Source: Candidatus Dojkabacteria bacterium
Lineage (GTDB): Bacteria; Patescibacteriota; Dojkabacteria; B142; JAFGMG01
DNA length: 64,000 bases
Direction of reading: 5' to 3'
Assembly (NCBI GenBank): GCA_016927655.1
Contig: JAFGMG010000005.1
Coordinates: forward strand, 11,991-75,990
Of the stretch, positions 10,401 through 20,489 are shown in pieces; the first letter of the stretch is position 1; each line of letters opens with the position of its first letter. A program made the position numbers and the translations under genes. Below the pieces are notes generated by a model. That model did not search any database and had not been told where the DNA came from. It saw nothing but the letters and a program-made list of their open reading frames with translations.

Positions 10401-12330
10401 CTAATTCTGCTGATTTACTGTATGTTTGAATAAATTTCTTTCTTGGTGGGACTTCTGATCCCATAAGCATATCAAAAGTTTTGTCAGCTTCTTCTGCATC
10501 TTCGACGGTGATCCTTTTTAGAATGCGTGTTTCTGGATTCATAGTTGTGCTCCAAAGCTGCTCTGGCTGCATTTCTCCAAGACCTTTAAATCTCTGTACG
10601 CCTTTTATCTCTTTACCGGCCTTTTTTAATTCTTTTACTTTCTCTTCTCTCTCATCTTCGTCTAACACCCAATAAGACTCATTGCTGCTGACCTCGATTT
10701 TGAAAAGCGGCGGTTGTGCTACATATAGATAACCTTTATTGATAACATCTTTGAGATGTCTGAAAAACAGTGTAAGCATGAGTGTTGTGATGTGTTCTCC
10801 GTCAACGTCTGCATCATTCATTAGAATAATTTTATGATAGCGCATTTTTGTATCGTCAAAAGTGTCTCCCACTCCCGCACCGATTGCTACGACAACTTCT
10901 TTTATCTCTTGGTTGCTAAAAACCCTGTCGAGCCTGTATTTCTCGGAGTTTAAGGGTTTCCCTTTTAGAGGGAAAATTGCCTGAGTTCTTCTGTCTCTTG
11001 CCTGCTTTGCTGAGCCTCCTGCAGAGTCTCCCTCTACAATGTAGAGCTCTGATTCCTCCGGTTTTCTTGAGCTGCAATCGGCAAGTTTGCCGGGTAACGT
11101 TCCTCCCTCAAGAGCACCTTTTCTTACAACTGCTTCTCTTGCAGCTTTTGCGGCCTTCCTGGCTTTATGAGACAAAATACTCCTGCTGATTATTAATTTC
11201 CCAGTTTGTGGATGTTCTTCAAGAAAAGTCTTCAGTTCTTCTTCAACAATTTTTCTTACAATTTGTGTGACCTCAGGATTATTAAGTTTAATTTTTGTCT
11301 GCCCTTCAAATTGAGGGTCAGGAACCTTGACTGAGACAATGGCTGTCAATCCTTCTCTAGTATCTTCTCCAGAAAACTTGATCTCTTTCTCTTTTTCAGT
11401 TGCGATTGAACTCAAGTAATCGTTTAGTCCTTTGGTTAGTGCTATTCTAAAGCCTTGTAGATGTGTTCCCCCCTCGGGGTTAATAATATTGTTTGCAAAT
11501 GTCATCACTCTTTCCTGAAGATCGTCCGTATATTGAAGCGCAACTTCAACATTAATATTTTCTTCTTCCTTGTTTACATAGAAAATGTCATCATGGATTG
11601 TTTTTTGGTGACGATTGATATTTTTGACATAAGACTTGATACCACCTTCAAAGTGATATGTGTATACAGTAGGTGAATCCTGATCGGCCTCTGCGCGGAC
11701 TTTTCTTTCGTCTTTCAAAACAAATGTGAGCCCAGCGGTCAAATATGCTTGCTGTCTGTATTTTTGTAGAACTTTCTTGAAACTGAACTCGGTGAATTCA
11801 AAAATTTTATCATCCGGTAAAAATGTCACGGTTGTTCCAGTCCTGTCGGATTTCCCCACAGCTTTTACCGGGGCTTTCGGTGTTCCTCTCTGGTATTCCT
11901 GCATCCAAACCTGCCCGTCTCTATGAACCTCAATTTTTGTATACTTACTTAGAGCATTTACAACGGAAATTCCAACCCCATGAAGACCTCCCGATACTTT
12001 ATAGCTGTCATTATCAAATTTCCCTCCGGAATGAAGACTCGTCATAATGACCTCCAGAGCGCTGATCTTTTTTTGCGGATGAATGTCAACCGGGATCCCT
12101 CTTCCATTGTCGTCAATAGTTACTGAGCCGTCGTCCCGCAGGATGAGTTTTATCTGATTGCAGTACCCCCCCAGTGCTTCGTCGATAGAGTTGTCTACAA
12201 CCTCCTTAATCAAGTGATGAAGTCCTTCTATTCCATTGTCGCCAATGTACATAGCCGGTCTCTTTCTTACAGCTTCAAGACCTTCAAGAACGGTGATTTT
12301 GCTCGCGTCATATGTTGAATTATCTGCCAC
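10393..12330 (-). CDS. gyrB: DNA gyrase subunit B
   Basis: EGLEAVRKRPAMYIG, EVVDNSIDE, GGLHGVG, VEGDSAGG, DADVDG, QRFKGLGEM. Confidence 0.98.
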   Translation of the reverse strand: MADNSTYDASKITVLEGLEAVRKRPAMYIGDNGIEGLHHLIKEVVDNSIDEALGGYCNQIKLILRDDGSVTIDDNGRGIPVDIHPQKKISALEVIMTSLHSGGKFDNDSYKVSGGLHGVGISVVNALSKYTKIEVHRDGQVWMQEYQRGTPKAPVKAVGKSDRTGTTVTFLPDDKIFEFTEFSFKKVLQKYRQQAYLTAGLTFVLKDERKVRAEADQDSPTVYTYHFEGGIKSYVKNINRHQKTIHDDIFYVNKEEENINVEVALQYTDDLQERVMTFANNIINPEGGTHLQGFRIALTKGLNDYLSSIATEKEKEIKFSGEDTREGLTAIVSVKVPDPQFEGQTKIKLNNPEVTQIVRKIVEEELKTFLEEHPQTGKLIISRSILSHKARKAAKAAREAVVRKGALEGGTLPGKLADCSSRKPEESELYIVEGDSAGGSAKQARDRRTQAIFPLKGKPLNSEKYRLDRVFSNQEIKEVVVAIGAGVGDTFDDTKMRYHKIILMNDADVDGEHITTLMLTLFFRHLKDVINKGYLYVAQPPLFKIEVSSNESYWVLDEDEREEKVKELKKAGKEIKGVQRFKGLGEMQPEQLWSTTMNPETRILKRITVEDAEEADKTFDMLMGSEVPPRKKFIQTYSKSAELDV

Positions 12331-12438
12331 GACTGTACTTGTCTAATATCTAGTTATCTATGTGTGTTTGGGACAGGTTGATTATGGACTTGGCTAGTAT
12401 AGCATACGTCTAGGCTGTTGGTAAATTGCCAAAACAGT

Positions 12439-12918
12439 CTATCCAAAAAGCTTTTTCGCTATATCATGCTCCGCTCTTCCAATCATCGGCCAGACATAGC
12501 AAACTAACGAAAAGATACTCACACCTAATATATTTATAAGTATAGCATAAATATCAGATTCTCTGCCTGCTGTTTCTCTCAGTATAATGTGATTTACCAA
12601 AACTAAAGAAGTGCTCGTTGTAATTGTTAGAAATACAAGAAGTGTCTCAACTATCAGTCGAAATTCGGCATCTTCAGCCCGCTCTTTCTGGTTTCGTGCC
12701 TTTGAAAGCCGGTCGACACTGAATTTGAGGGTGTAAACAACTGCTCGAAAAAATAATAGTGAGCTAAATCCAAACGCGAAAAAATATGTAACAGATTCGA
12801 GTGCAGCTGAGTAATTATGTTTAGTTGCCAGATCAGGGATTCTTGAGAAATAGATAATAAATATGCCAAAGGCCAAATAACTGAGCCATATATAAGCTGT
12901 GAAAAGCAGTTTTCTCAT
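12439..12918 (-). CDS. Four-TM membrane protein, hypothetical (weak VanZ-like pattern)
   Basis: Hydrophobic helices; IIYFSRIP and GRESDIYAILIN segments; likely start MRKLLF at 12918. Confidence 0.6.
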   Translation of the reverse strand: MRKLLFTAYIWLSYLAFGIFIIYFSRIPDLATKHNYSAALESVTYFFAFGFSSLLFFRAVVYTLKFSVDRLSKARNQKERAEDAEFRLIVETLLVFLTITTSTSLVLVNHIILRETAGRESDIYAILINILGVSIFSLVCYVWPMIGRAEHDIAKKLFG

Positions 12919-12985
12919 GAAAATTTCTATTAAAGATAATTCATTATAAAAGTTTCTTGAGGTGGTGTAAAAGAATTTGAAATTA

Positions 12986-13651
12986 TTAATCCCTTTTGAA
13001 ATTAAAAAACAGGTTTTCAAGAATTAACTTCATATTTGTATTTGCATTTAGTGCCCGTTCTGTCTGAGCTATCAATTCCAGGTTCTCCCCTCCTTTTGGG
13101 CTATTCCCTTCAATGATGTGTGAGTGAATGCTTCCGAGAAATGACGAAATAGTTCTTTTTCTTTCTTTTGGGTTTTTTATTTTTAAGAAATTATCAATTG
13201 TTTGCAGCCATTCTTGTGGGACTTCATTAAAAATAGGGTTTATGTCTATCTCGGGGGAGACCTGGTCTTTTCTGCCCTGTCTAGGATTGATTAAATTTGT
13301 CCTTGATAATATTGTCGGGAGAAGTGATTTTGGGTTCCTGGTGACAAGGAAGATGTAGCTTTTCGCTGGGGGCTCTTCTAGAACTTTGAGTATACTGTTC
13401 TGGGATTCGAGGGTCATTTTATCCGCTTCAAAGATTACAGCAAGTTTGCTTTCTTCTTGAAATGGCCGGTTTTGGATCCAGGCTATCATCTCTTTTATTT
13501 GTTTTATTCCAATCGATTGTTTATCCTGTGAATCGATTTCATAATAATCTGGGTTATTGAAGGGATTCGGAATAATCTGCAGAATAAATTCTTTGATCTC
13601 TTCTTTCAGTTCTGTTTTTGTATGAAAAATTGTACTTTGAGTTAGTTTCAT
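12986..13651 (-). CDS. holB: DNA polymerase III delta' subunit (shortened)
   Basis: NPDY, SIGIKQIK, ADKMTLESQNSILKVLEEPP, LLPTILSR; Walker A and Zn module absent. Confidence 0.8.
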   Translation of the reverse strand: MKLTQSTIFHTKTELKEEIKEFILQIIPNPFNNPDYYEIDSQDKQSIGIKQIKEMIAWIQNRPFQEESKLAVIFEADKMTLESQNSILKVLEEPPAKSYIFLVTRNPKSLLPTILSRTNLINPRQGRKDQVSPEIDINPIFNEVPQEWLQTIDNFLKIKNPKERKRTISSFLGSIHSHIIEGNSPKGGENLELIAQTERALNANTNMKLILENLFFNFKRD

Positions 13652-13699
13652 ATTATTATGTTGTATGGTGAATTGTAGCCAAGATTAAAGTTACTGTCC

Positions 13700-15499
13700 A
13701 TGTCCTTAGATCAAAGTAGTCCGACAACACCCCTTAAAAATGTACGAGGTATTAGAAACCTCGTAGATGCTCTTGTGATAAAGGGTCTATTGGATTCTGC
13801 TGTTGCCAAAGAGATCAAGCTTGAAATGGCAACTAAGAATGTTAACTTGGAAGATATCTTGCTTTCAAAAAATCTAATCGACGAAGTTGATCTGGTAAAA
13901 ACCAAAGCAGAAATGTACGGAATTGAATATGTCCCCGTCGCCTCTGAAGAAATTGATATGAATGTTTTAAATCTTGTTCCCGCTAATGAGGCTACCAAAA
14001 ACTCTGCTATAGCGTTTGGAATGACAAAAGACGGCAGAGTGAAACTTGCGATGAGCGAGCCTTTGGATATCCAAAAGGTGAAATACCTTGAGACTCTTAT
14101 GGGTAAAGGAGCAATGCCATATTTTGCCACTCCTTCAGAAATTGAACAGGTCATAAACAGCAAATATGGCGCGCAAATCAGCAGTGAAGTGACCGAGGCT
14201 CTAGAAGATGTCGGAGAAGATGATGTAGTTGAGCTTTCTGCAGTATCAAAAGTTGAAGATCTTGGAATGGATTTGACCTCTGCCCCAGTCTCAAAGATTG
14301 TGAATATGATTTTGGAATATGCAGTCAAATACAATGCCTCTGATGTGCATATTGAACCTCAAGAAGATAAAGTAAGCGTTCGATTTAGAATTTATGGGGT
14401 TCTTTCTGAAAAATTAACGATCCCAAAGAAATTGAAAAGCGCAATTGTTGCAAGGGTTAAAATACTGTCAAACTTGAAAATTGATGAGAAACGAATTCCT
14501 CAAGATGGTAGATTTCAAATCAAGTCTGGCACCAAAGTATACGATATGCGTGTTTCAATTATGCCAAATGTTTATGGCGAGAAGGTTGTGATGAGACTTC
14601 TGGAAAAAGGCGGCGGGACAATGGATCTGGCTGATACAGGACTGCGTGGTTCTGCCTACAAGAGTTTCCTTGAGAATTTAACTAAAACTCAGGGAATAAT
14701 CCTTGTAACAGGACCAACCGGAAGCGGAAAAACGCAGACTCTTGCAAGTGCTATAAAAATTGTCAATAAGCCCGAAGTAAATATTATAACTATTGAAGAT
14801 CCTGTTGAAATTAGAATCGAAGGAATTACTCAAGTACAAGTCAACAAAGATGTCGGACTCGATTTCTCAACTGCCTTAAGAGCATTTCTAAGACAGGATC
14901 CAGATGTGATTATGGTTGGAGAGATTCGTGATGGAGAAACTGCTAATCTTGCTATCCAGGCGGCACTGACTGGGCATCTTGTTTTAGCTACATTACACAC
15001 AAACAGTGCCGCAGGTGCGCTTCCTAGACTGCTAGATATGGGAGTTGAGCCTTTTTTGATCAGCTCGACCGTCAATGTTGTTGTCGCCCAGAGACTTGTT
15101 CGAAAAGTCTGCAAACACTGCATTGAGGGATATAGAGCGCCAGTTGAGGTAGTCAAAATTATCCACCAGGTATTAGACGGCCTCAAAGGCTTTGATATGT
15201 TTACCTATCCAAATAACAGTGCGAATGAGCCGACAACACTTGAAGATGATGAGGTAATACTATATCGTGGTAAGGGATGTCCAAAATGCAATAATACTGG
15301 ATTTAGCGGGAGACTTGGTATTTTTGAATGTATGCCAATGACAAACTCGCTTGCAAAATCAGTAATGGAAGAACGCCCAGCCTCTGAGCTTAATGATAAA
15401 GCTATAGCAGAAGGTATGATAACAATGCAGCAGGATGGATTTATGAAAGCGCTTGAGGGACTTACGACAATTGAGGAAGTGTTAAGAGTCGTTAAATAG
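13700..15499 (+). CDS. pilB: Type IV pilus extension ATPase PilB/GspE
   Basis: ASDVHIEP, RIPQDGR, Walker A GPTGSGKT, LRQDPDVIMVGEIRD, CxxC...CxxC zinc motif. Confidence 0.95.
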   Translation: MSLDQSSPTTPLKNVRGIRNLVDALVIKGLLDSAVAKEIKLEMATKNVNLEDILLSKNLIDEVDLVKTKAEMYGIEYVPVASEEIDMNVLNLVPANEATKNSAIAFGMTKDGRVKLAMSEPLDIQKVKYLETLMGKGAMPYFATPSEIEQVINSKYGAQISSEVTEALEDVGEDDVVELSAVSKVEDLGMDLTSAPVSKIVNMILEYAVKYNASDVHIEPQEDKVSVRFRIYGVLSEKLTIPKKLKSAIVARVKILSNLKIDEKRIPQDGRFQIKSGTKVYDMRVSIMPNVYGEKVVMRLLEKGGGTMDLADTGLRGSAYKSFLENLTKTQGIILVTGPTGSGKTQTLASAIKIVNKPEVNIITIEDPVEIRIEGITQVQVNKDVGLDFSTALRAFLRQDPDVIMVGEIRDGETANLAIQAALTGHLVLATLHTNSAAGALPRLLDMGVEPFLISSTVNVVVAQRLVRKVCKHCIEGYRAPVEVVKIIHQVLDGLKGFDMFTYPNNSANEPTTLEDDEVILYRGKGCPKCNNTGFSGRLGIFECMPMTNSLAKSVMEERPASELNDKAIAEGMITMQQDGFMKALEGLTTIEEVLRVVK

Positions 15500-15515
15500 T
15501 TATTAGAAATCAATT

Positions 15516-17105
15516 ATGCCATTTGTGAATTTAGATGATAAACAAAAAAAAGCAGAGGAAATTAAGCAAAATGAACAACCTCAAAATACAAATATCCCTG
15601 CTTATAACCCAAATATCCCGATTGTCGGGGCTGACGATTTCAAATCAGATGCGTCTCGGATTCAAGATCAGGTTCAAGATCGAGTCCAAGAGGTTCAAGA
15701 TGTTCCTGGCAGTGACGTCATAGTAAAATCAAGACCGTTCAATGATATTGTACAGGTCGCCGGTGGTGTCACCCAGCCTGAAGAACTAGAAAATGAAATA
15801 AAGAAAGAAGAAACGGAACCTTCAATAGCCAGTTCCACGCAAGCACCTCAGATAGAAGATATGAAACAGACCCCTCAGTCAGCTGAAATAACAGAGACGC
15901 AGGAGATACCAATGACGCAGCCATCAAGACCGGTTGAACCCGCAATACCACCGGCACCAGCGGGATATATACAAAAGGAGACTCCGCCCGTAACTGCAAC
16001 TGAGATCCACGAGATGCCGGCAGAAGAGAAAGTCACGGAACCATCATCAGATATCTTGAGCATTGAAGAATATGCAAAGCTTAGTATGGATAGAAATGCT
16101 TCTGATATTCATTTCACAACAAATTATCCTGTATATTTCCGAATTGATGGAAGGCTGGAGAAATACTCCCCGAAAATTCTTGACGCTGCTGAAGTTGAGA
16201 GTCTTCTCTACTCTCTACTTTCTGAAGATCAGAAAAAGCAAATTGAGAACGGAAAGGAATTGGATTTTATGTATGTCGATCCAGAGGAAAATAGATTTCG
16301 TGTAAATATTTTTAGAGAAAAAGGAAATCTGGCCGGAGCGTTTCGTTCAATCCCAAAGAAAGTGAAAACGATAAATGAACTTGGACTCCCAGAGATTCTT
16401 AAAGAATTCAGCAAAATTTCCTATGGACTTGTCGTGGTCACAGGACCTACCGGGAGCGGGAAAAGTACAACAATAGCTGCAATGATTGAGGAAATTAATT
16501 CCCGTGAACCAAGGCATATCATTACGATTGAAGATCCTGTCGAATATGTCTATGAACAGAAAATGGCGCTTATTGCCCAGAGAAATATGCATGAGGATAC
16601 TCAGTCCTGGAATGATGCTCTTCGGGCTGCTCTAAGACAGGATCCAGATGTAGTGTTGATAGGCGAGATGAGAGATTATGAAACAATATCTTCGGCATTG
16701 ACCATTGCAGAAACAGGTCATCTTGTATTTGCCACTTTGCATACAAACAGTGCTGCTCAGACAATTGATCGTATAATTGACGTATTCCCTGCTGATCAGC
16801 AGAACCAGGTGCGGACTCAGCTTGGGAATATGCTTTCGGGAGTTATCTCCCAGAGGTTGATTCCTCTAAAGAACGGCGGAAGAAAGGCTGCGATGGAAGT
16901 TCTTATTGCCAGCAATGCTATTAAAAATGCAATCCGTGAAGGTAAAACTCATCAAATTGACAATATAATTCAAACAAGTTTGGATATTGGGATGTTCCCT
17001 CTTGAAAAATCCTTAGTGGATATGATTCGAATGAATGAAATTGATATTCAAACAGCTAAGAATTTTACTATTAAACCAGATCAAATAGACTTACTGCTCA
17101 AATGA
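15516..17105 (+). CDS. pilT: Type IV pilus retraction ATPase PilT with long acidic/Pro-rich N-terminal extension
   Basis: ASDIHF, GPTGSGKST, ALRQDPDVVLIGEMRD, AETGHLVFATLHT, AIRNLIRE-like AIKNAIRE. Confidence 0.93.
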   Translation: MPFVNLDDKQKKAEEIKQNEQPQNTNIPAYNPNIPIVGADDFKSDASRIQDQVQDRVQEVQDVPGSDVIVKSRPFNDIVQVAGGVTQPEELENEIKKEETEPSIASSTQAPQIEDMKQTPQSAEITETQEIPMTQPSRPVEPAIPPAPAGYIQKETPPVTATEIHEMPAEEKVTEPSSDILSIEEYAKLSMDRNASDIHFTTNYPVYFRIDGRLEKYSPKILDAAEVESLLYSLLSEDQKKQIENGKELDFMYVDPEENRFRVNIFREKGNLAGAFRSIPKKVKTINELGLPEILKEFSKISYGLVVVTGPTGSGKSTTIAAMIEEINSREPRHIITIEDPVEYVYEQKMALIAQRNMHEDTQSWNDALRAALRQDPDVVLIGEMRDYETISSALTIAETGHLVFATLHTNSAAQTIDRIIDVFPADQQNQVRTQLGNMLSGVISQRLIPLKNGGRKAAMEVLIASNAIKNAIREGKTHQIDNIIQTSLDIGMFPLEKSLVDMIRMNEIDIQTAKNFTIKPDQIDLLLK

Positions 17106-18316
17106 AATTTAGCTACACTGCGTCTGATAAAAACGGAAAATTAGTAAAAGCTGTAATTGAGGCCGATACTAGAGATGAGGTTGTAAATACTCTGCATGCT
17201 CAAGGTCTAATAGTGATGTCTGTTGAAGAGAAAATCCGTTCAAGCTTTAAAGATATCGGGCAGATTCAGATCAGCGGATATGGATTAAAAGACAAGTTGA
17301 TGGTTGTCAAACAGCTTGTTGCGATGATTACTGCTGGCTTGCCGATTACGCAAGCAATGGATGTACTCAAGGATCAGGCTCCAAATCCAAAAATGAAGGC
17401 CGAGATAATAAGAGTCTACAAAGATTTGCAAAATGGTATCCCGTTATCTAAAGCATTCTCCAAAAACTCAAAAATTTTTTCTGAAGTTCAGGTCAATCTC
17501 ATGGCAGCAGGCGAAAAAAGTGGAAATCTGGTTGAAATTCTGGGAAAGATTCAGCAGGATATGGCAAATGCAAACCGGCTTAGAAACAAAATTCGAGGAG
17601 CAATGATTTATCCTGCTATTATCTTTGTTGCGATTATTGCTGTTTTTGTTGTTCTTGTGACTTTCCTAGTACCTCAGATGGAAAAACTTTACGCGGACTT
17701 TGGGATTGAGGAACTTCCTGGCCTGACAAATATTATTGTGAAAGTTTCTAAATTTGTTGTCTCTCCGATTGGGCTTATTGTAATTATTGTTTTATTAATT
17801 GCGGGGATTAGTGCCTATTATTATTATAATTCCACGGAATCTGGCAAGAGAATGATGCACAGAATAATCTTGAAAATTCCTGTATTTGGGGATTTGAATC
17901 AGAAGATACAAGTTGCAGAATTCGCCAGGCTTACTTCTATGCTTCTAAAAAGCGGAGTACCTATTGTTGATACTCTCAATATTGTGGCGAATTCGACATC
18001 AAATATTCTTTTTAAGGAAGTTGTCGAAGAGTCTGCGGTCAATGTCAGCAAAGGAATTCCATTGGCAGTCTCTCTCTCAAAAAATAAAATTTTCCCTCCG
18101 GTGTTTTCAAGAATTGTAGTAGTTGGAGAAGAAACTGGAAAGCTTGATCAAGTTCTTTCTGATATGGCCGGATTCTATGATGAGGAAGTTACCAATATGG
18201 CAGATAATTTGACAAAGCTTTTAGAACCGTTTATCTTGTTAGTAGTAGGCGGTCTTGTTGCCTTCCTAGCAATAGCAGTTTACTGGCCAGTGTACAGCAT
18301 TGGCGATAAGATTTAG
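17102..18316 (+). CDS. pilC: Type IV pilus platform protein PilC/GspF
   Basis: AGEKSGNL, AMIYP, GEETGKLD and LLEP motifs; three TM segments. Confidence 0.93.
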   Translation: MKFSYTASDKNGKLVKAVIEADTRDEVVNTLHAQGLIVMSVEEKIRSSFKDIGQIQISGYGLKDKLMVVKQLVAMITAGLPITQAMDVLKDQAPNPKMKAEIIRVYKDLQNGIPLSKAFSKNSKIFSEVQVNLMAAGEKSGNLVEILGKIQQDMANANRLRNKIRGAMIYPAIIFVAIIAVFVVLVTFLVPQMEKLYADFGIEELPGLTNIIVKVSKFVVSPIGLIVIIVLLIAGISAYYYYNSTESGKRMMHRIILKIPVFGDLNQKIQVAEFARLTSMLLKSGVPIVDTLNIVANSTSNILFKEVVEESAVNVSKGIPLAVSLSKNKIFPPVFSRIVVVGEETGKLDQVLSDMAGFYDEEVTNMADNLTKLLEPFILLVVGGLVAFLAIAVYWPVYSIGDKI

Positions 18317-18339
18317 TTTTATATTTTATTTAAAATCCA

Positions 18340-18774
18340 ATGAAACAAAACAAAGGTTTTACCCTTGTTGAGTTGCTTGTTGCAATGGCTATCATTGCAG
18401 TATTGATTGGACTTGCAGGATTCGGAGTAACTCTTGCTCTTCGAGCGTCGAGAGACTCAAAAAGAGAAGCTACTCTGGACAGTATGAGGACTGCAATTGC
18501 AGACTATCTTGCAACGAACAATCAATATCCTGCAAACACAGCAGTAACATATGCTAATGGCAACATCACTGTTGGTACGACAAACATCCCAGTAAGTGGA
18601 AACTTGGTTCCTGTCCCTCTTGCTACCAAGTCTTCTTCGAGTGGTACTGTCTACTGTTATTCAAAGACATCCTCGGGGTATGCCCTTGCTGCAATGCTTG
18701 AGAATGGCTCATTCTATGAGCTTGGAGATACAGACTCAGCTGGATGTACTCTTTCAGGCATAAGTGTGCTTTAA
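18340..18774 (+). CDS. Type IV pilin (probable major pilin)
   Basis: Class III signal KG/FTLVELL with E5; C-terminal Cys pair; followed by a terminator. Confidence 0.88.
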   Translation: MKQNKGFTLVELLVAMAIIAVLIGLAGFGVTLALRASRDSKREATLDSMRTAIADYLATNNQYPANTAVTYANGNITVGTTNIPVSGNLVPVPLATKSSSSGTVYCYSKTSSGYALAAMLENGSFYELGDTDSAGCTLSGISVL

Positions 18775-18796
18775 AGAACCCAATTTGAGATTCATA

Positions 18797-18826
18797 GAAA
18801 AACGGAAGATAGTCTTCCGTTTTTTC
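18797..18826. terminator. Intrinsic terminator after the first pilin
   Basis: AAAAACGGAAGA-TAG-TCTTCCGTTTTT perfect stem with T tract. Confidence 0.85.
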
Positions 18827-18875
18827 TTTGTATGACTTAATTGATTTCCCAGTCAATTCCCTTTAGAATAATTTC

Positions 18876-19475
18876 ATGAGCAAGAAAAATTCTGCCTATA
18901 CTCTATTGGAACTTTTGATTGTGATGGCTATATTTGCTTCTATGATGGCCATCGGTGTTGTCGCTTTGAATAATTTTTCAAATAGATCAAATGTTAATAC
19001 TGCTACGCAGGATTTTTATACTTCTTCAAAGACACTTATTCAGAAAGCGAGGAATAGTGTTTATACTCAAGCAGAGCTTGTTGAATTGAAGAACGGCTGG
19101 ACGAGTACTTGTTCTTTTACTTCCAATTCATTCCCTCCGGACGCAATTGGATATCGCTTTAGTGATGGAGCGGCTGAGTACATAAAATGTAGCAAAAATT
19201 CGAGCCTCAGCTATGATTTCTGCTGCGTGACTGCTCAGGCTGATGATGTCACTATGAGATATAATGAGAAGACGAATATCCAGGCTCAAGGCGATTGCAA
19301 GGGGGTGCTTTTTGAATACGCTACGGGTGAGGTATACAGCTTTGCGAGTGAAAATCTTCTCTCAATTAATACTGTGAAGACCTCGTGTGATGTGCAGGTC
19401 CGTCATAATGATATTTCTTATTATAAAACTGTTGTATTTAATGGGGAAAAAAATGAAGTATACATCTCAAATTAA
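18876..19475 (+). CDS. Minor pilin (FimT/GspH-like)
   Basis: SA/YTLLELL prepilin motif; Cys-containing head domain. Confidence 0.8.
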   Translation: MSKKNSAYTLLELLIVMAIFASMMAIGVVALNNFSNRSNVNTATQDFYTSSKTLIQKARNSVYTQAELVELKNGWTSTCSFTSNSFPPDAIGYRFSDGAAEYIKCSKNSSLSYDFCCVTAQADDVTMRYNEKTNIQAQGDCKGVLFEYATGEVYSFASENLLSINTVKTSCDVQVRHNDISYYKTVVFNGEKNEVYISN

Positions 19476-19977
19476 AGGCACTGGACTTGTGGAAGTTCTT
19501 GTAGCTTTGGCGATTTTCTCACTGACTATGATTACAGTAGTCAGTGTTACCACTACAAGTCTAAAGAGGATCAAGAGAGATGAGGTTGAAGACAGAGCAA
19601 TTGGAATTCAATTCCGCTCTCTTGAACTTGCTAAATCCCCTGTCCAGAATCTTGGGTTGGAGAAAATGAAAAACGGAGATATTGAATATTACACTTTGGA
19701 AGTTGCAGCAAACAAGATTGAACTTAAGAAGGTAAATGGATCAACTGTGATTTCTCCGGGCAATTGCAGCACTCAGTCAAATTACTATGTAAATCTGGCA
19801 GATTATGGGTATGAAGATGTCGGGGATAATTTAATCTGCAATCAAGTAACGGTGGAATTCCTTGGTACACAGGATGATTTGGACACTTATGAGGTGAAAT
19901 CACTTCTTGTCTATAATAGCGCAGGTAAATTAGAATTTAATGAATTAGTTGGTTATCGCCGTGAAAAAAGTATTTAG
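19453..19977 (+). CDS. Minor pilin (PilV/GspI-like)
   Basis: MKYTSQIKG/TGLVEVLVALAIF prepilin motif; start at 19453 overlaps the previous gene. Confidence 0.78.
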   Translation: MKYTSQIKGTGLVEVLVALAIFSLTMITVVSVTTTSLKRIKRDEVEDRAIGIQFRSLELAKSPVQNLGLEKMKNGDIEYYTLEVAANKIELKKVNGSTVISPGNCSTQSNYYVNLADYGYEDVGDNLICNQVTVEFLGTQDDLDTYEVKSLLVYNSAGKLEFNELVGYRREKSI

Positions 19978-20488
19978 ACAAAAAAACGGATATTCTTTAT
20001 TTGAAGTGCTGATTACTTTGGTGATAGTCATAATTATTATGGTTATGCTTACAAATATTCTTATTCTTTCCCTAGACATTTCCAGGAAATCTCTGGTCCG
20101 CTCTGCTCTTCGTGAAGAACAAAGTGATATACTGAATAAAATTTCCAAAGATCTCCGGAATGCGAAATTTGTGCAGGAATGCGGTGGATCAAACGAAAGC
20201 GCAGTTTGTGAGGTTCTGCTTGATAAAAAGTACACCTGGACTACCTGCGATGATGCTGGTGTACTTTCAATCTGCAAAAAGACCGGGATTGAACCATATG
20301 AAGAAATTATTGAAGAAACGAGTGATCAAATGGTCGTGAAGAGTTTCATAATTGAAGAAGGGCTTGCGGATGCTGATGGCAAGAAAAGTATAGTAATTAC
20401 CTTGATCGTAAATCAAAATTCAGATACGATTGATGTTGAGGATCAAATAAGGCAGGTAGTTGTTTCTACAAGAAATTACACAATATAA
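19961..20488 (+). CDS. Minor pilin (PilW/GspJ-like)
   Basis: KNG/YSLFEVL motif and ISKDLRNA helix; GTG start at 19961. Confidence 0.78.
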   Translation: MKKVFRQKNGYSLFEVLITLVIVIIIMVMLTNILILSLDISRKSLVRSALREEQSDILNKISKDLRNAKFVQECGGSNESAVCEVLLDKKYTWTTCDDAGVLSICKKTGIEPYEEIIEETSDQMVVKSFIIEEGLADADGKKSIVITLIVNQNSDTIDVEDQIRQVVVSTRNYTI

Positions 20489-20489
20489 G

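Noticed and set aside
6893-12330. Topoisomerase IV (parC/parE) or intein-containing gyrase
   Set aside because: A GyrA-box is present; the insertions are short and lack intein terminal motifs
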